NCBI GenBank assembly: GCA_964628855.1
Contig: CAZVMV010000001.1
Span: 77,145-141,144, forward strand
Reading direction: 5' to 3'
DNA length: 64,000 nucleotides
From: an uncultured Gammaproteobacteria bacterium
Lineage (GTDB): Bacteria > Patescibacteriota > Patescibacteriia > UBA10025 > JAHIVO01
Both the position numbers and the translations under genes were made by a program. Below, in pieces: positions 59,701-64,000 of the stretch (position 1 is the first letter of the stretch; each line of letters opens with the position of its first letter). The notes beneath the pieces are model-generated. The model did no database searches, was not told the origin of the DNA, and saw only the letters and a program-made list of their open reading frames with translations.

Positions 59701-62700
59701 GATACCGCATACCGGCAGCACTTCATCGATTAAGCCAGACTGCCATCCGCCGGTGGTATTAGTTGTGTACAGATTGCCGTTTGCTTTCAAATACTTTGCG
59801 ATTTGCCAGTTCGAGACGCCGCCTTTGGCAGCGACATAAATATATTTCGCGTCCTGGGTGATATACAAACCATAGTAAGCATATCTTGCCGGCTCGATTA
59901 CCCCGTCACCATCAAAACTGTTTACGAGAGCACCAGTGTCCAGCCGGCGTTTCTCTATGCGCCACTGACTGACATTATCTAGCGTACCAACGACGTACAT
60001 ATAGGTTCCATTTGAATCAATTACAATGTCAGTTGCGTCTTTGGTGGCACTGCCGCCAGTAATAACGCCGTTTGTCCCGAAAGTCGTACTACATCTGGCG
60101 GCGGTGCAAACTTGGCCATTGTCCAGCCGGCGTTTCTCGATCCGCCAGCCGTCATTTGCTGGATCAGCGTCTTTGGTGTTGCCATAGGAACCGATTGCAT
60201 ACAAGTATTGATTGGTACTGTCAATTGCAACCTGTGTCGCCATCCCCTGCGGTCCATCCACTATGCCATTGTCATTAAAAGCGCCGCAGTATAAGGCGCT
60301 GAAATATTTCTCGTTCCATATTACGTGCGGATTACCGAACCGGTCCAATTTGATTAATGGGTTATTGCTCCTGCCGGTTGTAGTTTTAGACAGGTTTAGG
60401 TTGGGGGTATTTATTGTCTGTGAGACATTGAATGTATTACCCCCAGCAGTTACCCAGGCACTGCCGGACCATTGGGCCATTAAAATATCCGGCTGTAATA
60501 TTCCGCTCCCGTCATCGTCGTTATAATCAGACCAGGCAATGTGCGGAATGTTGTTGGTATCGAAAACTACCGACTGGGAATAGTCATACGCATGGTCAAT
60601 ATTCTTATTGACCTGCAAATTCGTAATGTCCGCCTGCCCGCTCACGGATACCCAGGCGCTCCCGTTCCAGCGGCGGTATAAAAGTTTGTTCGGGTCGCGC
60701 CAGACTATACCGGGCACATGGTTGGAATCAACTGCCACATCAGGATAAACTCCATCAGGTGTGGGTATGCCCAAACCCGCAATTGAACCCACGTCATTGT
60801 TTAACGAAAGGTTAGCTCCGCCAAAACCGCTTGTCCCATCATTGCTAGCCGTGACCCAATTGGTGCCGTTCCAGTACCGGTAAAAAATATGATTACCAGT
60901 ATTCAATCCGGGCGTTCCGGCGGGTACTTGCTGTTGCCAAGTGACCATAGGTGTCGTGCCGTCCATGGCCAATCTCGGAAAACTGGAAAAATTATTTACC
61001 GTTTTACTGACATCCAAATTATTTGCATCATTGTTCATCGGCTGCCATGAACCGCTGACTAGTTGTTTGAAATAAATTCCAGTAGTGGCGCCTGACCAAG
61101 GTCCGTGCCGGAATACGACATTCAATGTGCCTGTACTATCTATCTTTAAAGTAGGAGTCTGGGCCGGATTTGTGCTTACTTCCTGTTGGGCTGTCCATGT
61201 GCCGGCCGACGCGTCCCAGCGTGAATATACGATTTTTCCGTATTCATTTGCCCAACCGCCTTCCTGCCAGACGATGTGCGGATTTCCATCACTATCCAGC
61301 GCTAACGAAGGTGACACTGAGCCGTCGCCGTTCGGGTCGATGCCAGTATCCGGATTGGAATTATTACTGACATTAAGCCGGTTAGAAATTTTTTCTGCGT
61401 CAGTCCAAGCCGGGTCGTACGTAACCCCTGTGACGGTGGCCCATTTGCCGGCCAAGAGTTGGAGATAATAAATATCGAAGGAATTATTGGTTTTATTAAA
61501 TGCAGACCATGCAAGATGAGGGCTGCCATGGCCATCCAGAACCATGGATGATTGCGGCCATTTGGAATAATCCTTTACCCAGCCGTCCTGAGTGGCGTTC
61601 TCAGGGTTCAGCCAGGACGACTTGCTGGTGAAGGCGGAAGTCTGTGCATTCCATCCCCAGCCGAACACGCTGTACAATTTAGTGTCATTTGGGTTTACGT
61701 TCGGGTCAGCCAGGAATGATTGGGAGTCAATTTCAGTCCCGGACAATTGGTACGGACCAGCATTGCCCCTGCCGTCATTGTATGTGCCCGCTAATTTCAT
61801 CCAGCCCCAGTCAGTATAGCCCTGGTCAGTTCCGGCTTTCTTGAGCGTCAGGATCCTGGCCCAACCCTCTATGCCGCGGGTGGTGCCGTTGAAATTGGCA
61901 GTGGCTGTAGCCCGGCATTCTTCGGTAGCCGGCGTCGAAGCGTCTACCGGGCAGGTATCTCCAGTTTTGCAGGAATAAAATATGCAAGTGGCAGTGCTGG
62001 GTGACGGACAGTTGCTGAGATCCTTGTCCCAGCAAATCTTGGAGACATCCGTGGAGCAGGTGCCATACTTTTTGCCAGTGCCGTCCTGGGCGTTGTAACA
62101 AAATCCATAGAGCGGGCTGCCGACCGGCGTACCGGCACTCTCGATACAGCTATTGGAAACGCAATCCTCATTACGGTAACACCCTCGCTGGGAATCGTCT
62201 GCACAGACTTTAGCATTCATGCTGATCCATCCCAGTCCGGTTTTTGGGGTGGTGGTTGAAACGGAAAATTTGGGTATATAAAGATTTGTGCTGTACAGGG
62301 AGTGCAGGCCCGTCCAGATTGAACCAATGGCGTAAGTCAATTTGAATGGCTGGCTGCTGGTCGGGAATGCCTGGACCTCGGGAGCAGAGTTTAAAATTGT
62401 TGAGGCTCTGATCCGGTATACTTTCCCTCCATCATATCCGGCTGCCCAAACATTTTTTGTATCATACTCAAGTCCCATGATAACCCCACCAGTTGCTTGT
62501 AATTCAAAATCGGATTTGACCCATGTCCCGACATCATTATTGATTTTTAAGACAGAAACAAGCCCTCTGGTACCAGTATCGCCATGACTGACCCACCAAT
62601 AGTTGCCATCAAAAACTATTTCCCGCGGATAACGGTCAGTGCCAGAAGGCAATGAGAAGGTTTTTACCTGGTTGGCTGGATCTATACCGTCAGTCCGGTT

Positions 62701-64000
62701 GAGACGGGATACACTCGCCCCATTAAAATTGTTTACCCAAATCGACTGACCGTCAAAGTACGGCTGCTGAGGGGTATTGATACCATACGCGCTACAACGC
62801 ACCGGTGTCGGTGATGGAGATGTGCCATTACAATTTATCTCCTTGGTTTCGCCGAGATTCAAGCTGCGCCTGATACGTACTACACCGTTACGAGAGGCGA
62901 TCCAAAAATCCTTACCGTCCCAGACTAATCCCGACTGCCCGGAGTCCGGGGTTGCACATGATGCATCGCCATAATTTACCGTCTCAATCAGTTGACCAAC
63001 CGTAATTCCGCCATATCTGGCCGGATCATTCACTGTGGCGAAACGGTATAATCGGCAGGCGGCTTGGCCTGTCGCCCACAAGTCCGTACCGTCATATACC
63101 AACCGCATAAAATCTTCGTTAGGGTAGGCTCCGGAATAATTAAACTTTTCCGTAACAAAGGTAGAAGGATTTATCCGATATAACAAAGATGGTCGTTGTC
63201 CTAGAGCGCTATTAACTAGATGAGGCGCAGCCCAGAGATATTGACCATCATATGCGATTTGTTTGAACGAATATTCAAACGCAAGTAGTCCGGACCCACC
63301 GGTAACATTTAATGTCTTATCTTCTGAAACATTACTTTGACTGACAGACTGGCCGGAAGAGCTCCAGGCATACCCCTCGAGCGGGTTAATTTCCCGGGAT
63401 GCTTCAAAATTGCTATTAACCCCCCAGCTCAATGCCGTATCGCCGCTGTAATCTGCCGGCGGGTTTGCGAAAAAATTCAGGTAATTTAACGAGATCCAGC
63501 CGGCACTGGTAGTCCACGCCCAACCGACAATATTATTTTTAATAAGGAATAAGGTGGCGACCGGTCCGAAAGTAGTCGGGACAGATTCCTGGTTCTGTGC
63601 CTTGACCTTGAATTCGTAACGGACAGACGGATCAAGCCCTGTAGCGGTGATCCCATTATCCCCGCTCCATCCCGTACCGACCGTAGTACCTTTCACCGCC
63701 CAATGCCCAACAGTATCCGGAGTCAGGTTGCAGTTCAGCGCCCAGTCGACTGTGACTCGTCCGTTAAAGTCGTCATCAGTATTTAAATAACCCGTATCAT
63801 CAATAGTCCCGTCCGCTTTATATTTTGTTATGCAAATCGCAAAATTGGTGTTTGCGGGATTTCCGTTTTCCTGCACCTTCACGTTTATTTCGCCTCCTGG
63901 CAATGACTGCACAATCGGCCGACTGGGGACATTGGCCAGCGTATATTTACACTGCGCGGCAACCGGACCTTCTGTAGTGTAATCACCGGTGCCGTCAATT
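56746..64000 (-). CDS. Giant multidomain surface/adhesin-like protein, at least 2,417 aa. Its N-terminus lies beyond the window end.
   Basis: The frame stays open from 56746 through position 64000, where the track assigned a GTG as an artificial start. Domains in order: FN3-like; ~6 propeller blades ([FY]DGxxxW); an 18-Cys region; BNR/W repeats (YRYWNGTNW, YRRWNGSAW); ~7 delta-60-type repeats (WRIEKRRLDNGxxxxxFGTxG); a tandem pair of DNRLRE-like beta-sandwich modules (FLRFPLGVPAGAEIKSAYLRL / YLQFPISIPINAEILKAQV). Ends 11 nt before pilM. Confidence 0.8.
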   Translation of the reverse strand, partial: IDGTGDYTTEGPVAAQCKYTLANVPSRPIVQSLPGGEINVKVQENGNPANTNFAICITKYKADGTIDDTGYLNTDDDFNGRVTVDWALNCNLTPDTVGHWAVKGTTVGTGWSGDNGITATGLDPSVRYEFKVKAQNQESVPTTFGPVATLFLIKNNIVGWAWTTSAGWISLNYLNFFANPPADYSGDTALSWGVNSNFEASREINPLEGYAWSSSGQSVSQSNVSEDKTLNVTGGSGLLAFEYSFKQIAYDGQYLWAAPHLVNSALGQRPSLLYRINPSTFVTEKFNYSGAYPNEDFMRLVYDGTDLWATGQAACRLYRFATVNDPARYGGITVGQLIETVNYGDASCATPDSGQSGLVWDGKDFWIASRNGVVRIRRSLNLGETKEINCNGTSPSPTPVRCSAYGINTPQQPYFDGQSIWVNNFNGASVSRLNRTDGIDPANQVKTFSLPSGTDRYPREIVFDGNYWWVSHGDTGTRGLVSVLKINNDVGTWVKSDFELQATGGVIMGLEYDTKNVWAAGYDGGKVYRIRASTILNSAPEVQAFPTSSQPFKLTYAIGSIWTGLHSLYSTNLYIPKFSVSTTTPKTGLGWISMNAKVCADDSQRGCYRNEDCVSNSCIESAGTPVGSPLYGFCYNAQDGTGKKYGTCSTDVSKICWDKDLSNCPSPSTATCIFYSCKTGDTCPVDASTPATEECRATATANFNGTTRGIEGWARILTLKKAGTDQGYTDWGWMKLAGTYNDGRGNAGPYQLSGTEIDSQSFLADPNVNPNDTKLYSVFGWGWNAQTSAFTSKSSWLNPENATQDGWVKDYSKWPQSSMVLDGHGSPHLAWSAFNKTNNSFDIYYLQLLAGKWATVTGVTYDPAWTDAEKISNRLNVSNNSNPDTGIDPNGDGSVSPSLALDSDGNPHIVWQEGGWANEYGKIVYSRWDASAGTWTAQQEVSTNPAQTPTLKIDSTGTLNVVFRHGPWSGATTGIYFKQLVSGSWQPMNNDANNLDVSKTVNNFSSFPRLAMDGTTPMVTWQQQVPAGTPGLNTGNHIFYRYWNGTNWVTASNDGTSGFGGANLSLNNDVGSIAGLGIPTPDGVYPDVAVDSNHVPGIVWRDPNKLLYRRWNGSAWVSVSGQADITNLQVNKNIDHAYDYSQSVVFDTNNIPHIAWSDYNDDDGSGILQPDILMAQWSGSAWVTAGGNTFNVSQTINTPNLNLSKTTTGRSNNPLIKLDRFGNPHVIWNEKYFSALYCGAFNDNGIVDGPQGMATQVAIDSTNQYLYAIGSYGNTKDADPANDGWRIEKRRLDNGQVCTAARCSTTFGTNGVITGGSATKDATDIVIDSNGTYMYVVGTLDNVSQWRIEKRRLDTGALVNSFDGDGVIEPARYAYYGLYITQDAKYIYVAAKGGVSNWQIAKYLKANGNLYTTNTTGGWQSGLIDEVLPVCGIPGCDNAIFSITADGTYMYIAGSNANTSGSGPDKWRIEKRRLDNGTLEPAFGTGGAVTGPANSYFASDIILDGQSLYVGGNIFSGTLNLLIGKYDKVTGSPDAGFGTGGFIQYSSTSSDSAVALSVDGTYLYAGGAPRWHYQKWDKNSGTPFSTATTNGWGYSQPGNVVLSNGAMELNNPSGDYGINGFAIDGTYMYAVGNIPEMSLTSTANWHIEKRLMDTGVLKNYHSSNECTDTVYPQCLDYGWDTFELYYCGKNNIDYSLWSPGIAQGGNGWVEFMPAGALLGIPWVKTMFADIHASQNISLAPPPRGTGDYTSTYLIESGGAISGISGYYGGTTTGSPTSQLPEQPGFSPLVQNQPSIQTLGADLLAKLDVNGLVGRTNGSKNRHGTTVVEGVGTDISTSGAFTWTGLPARNTVLGNKVYYFHGQPTYTINSDMTFLQGDDSTNPATSGAGVIVVDGNLEINANIYYDKRCSDNSVCRVDADCGSGTCDDPHITNLVELPSAAIIVRGNVYINSLISKVSSVVAAIDNPSTADDPTTTTVVENLEGIISTGRKAPSYSYTESVDDTFVSYDGSTYLNAYQDVASSFGRPGASTTNRSFLRFPLGVPAGAEIKSAYLRLRSNGSGIGDFNARLYLIDGENASTLNFTSSPNPTLYNIATSNSVNFLINSNWVSGTWYQTPDLKAIIQRFVSKDNYSAGNYLGLVIKEGDAATGESRGFQTYDSAATNAPQLVIEYSPRRATYPTTPPPIGSTVTSTTTDSSTQNLLFGWNGTTAQRAYLQFPISIPINAEILKAQVHTTMCAAGTTAMELRQGLLQNYPTAAQITATAGAPWALPLTAEVSEVAQNVSLNAFGNNQQVAFSDITRQINAFIARTTYRPGVAGISEFDLRIRRGSDTTELIAAAGETRCLQKNSTTLAIDYQIPLSVSGLFVAGTGYNFDRKYMKNLDPAEQILYDGRVVANTPPGLVDFIQALPVYHRVTP

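Overview
The window reads as a single minus-strand-dominated chromosomal segment, probably from a Candidate Phyla Radiation (Patescibacteria)-like bacterium with roughly 45-50% GC. Three observations support that placement: (i) an S10-spc ribosomal operon with no L30 gene between rpsE and rplO, (ii) lysine/alanine-rich extensions on several ribosomal proteins, and (iii) a type IV pilus (T4P) locus with no secretin gene. Coordinates of tracked ORFs follow the ORF track; coordinates I derived by hand may be off by 1-2 nt.

Positions 1-25.8 kb hold housekeeping genes:
- dnaB-ybaB-recR on the plus strand.
- rplU, a DUF192 protein, an MraY/WecA-family transferase, ruvX, map, adk, a second P-loop kinase and secY.
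- The ribosomal run L15-S5-L18-L6-S8-S14-L5-L24-L14-S17-L29-L16-S3-L22-S19-L2-L23-L4-L3, then S10, tuf, an inserted membrane protein, fusA, rpsG, rpsL.
- An M50 protease, rpmB (58 aa, missed by the ORF track) and uppS.

Positions 26.6-31.1 kb form a copper-handling island: copA, copZ, an HMA-DsbD_2 fusion and a Met/His/Cys-rich membrane protein.

Positions 31.2-37.5 kb hold a DUF336-like ORF, an rlmN-mazG-GNAT operon preceded by a tRNA-Pro, a small zinc-ribbon ORF, ndk, a CheY-like receiver, gatCA and a small plus-strand ORF.

From 37.5 kb to the end, ligA is translationally coupled to a large T4P locus:
- five prepilin-like genes and pilD;
- two more pilins flanking a Wzy_C/O-antigen-ligase+TPR protein and a GT2, a candidate pilin O-glycosylation module;
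- the major pilin pilA, then pilC, a second CheY paralogue, pilB, an FN3 protein and pilO;
- a pilN carrying a ~430-residue proline-rich linker, then pilM;
- immediately upstream, a multidomain surface protein of at least 2,417 aa that runs off the window edge.

No CRISPR array, rRNA or mobile element was found. The most novel element is the T4P locus, specifically its giant co-oriented adhesin-like gene, its glycosylation module and its atypical PilN.
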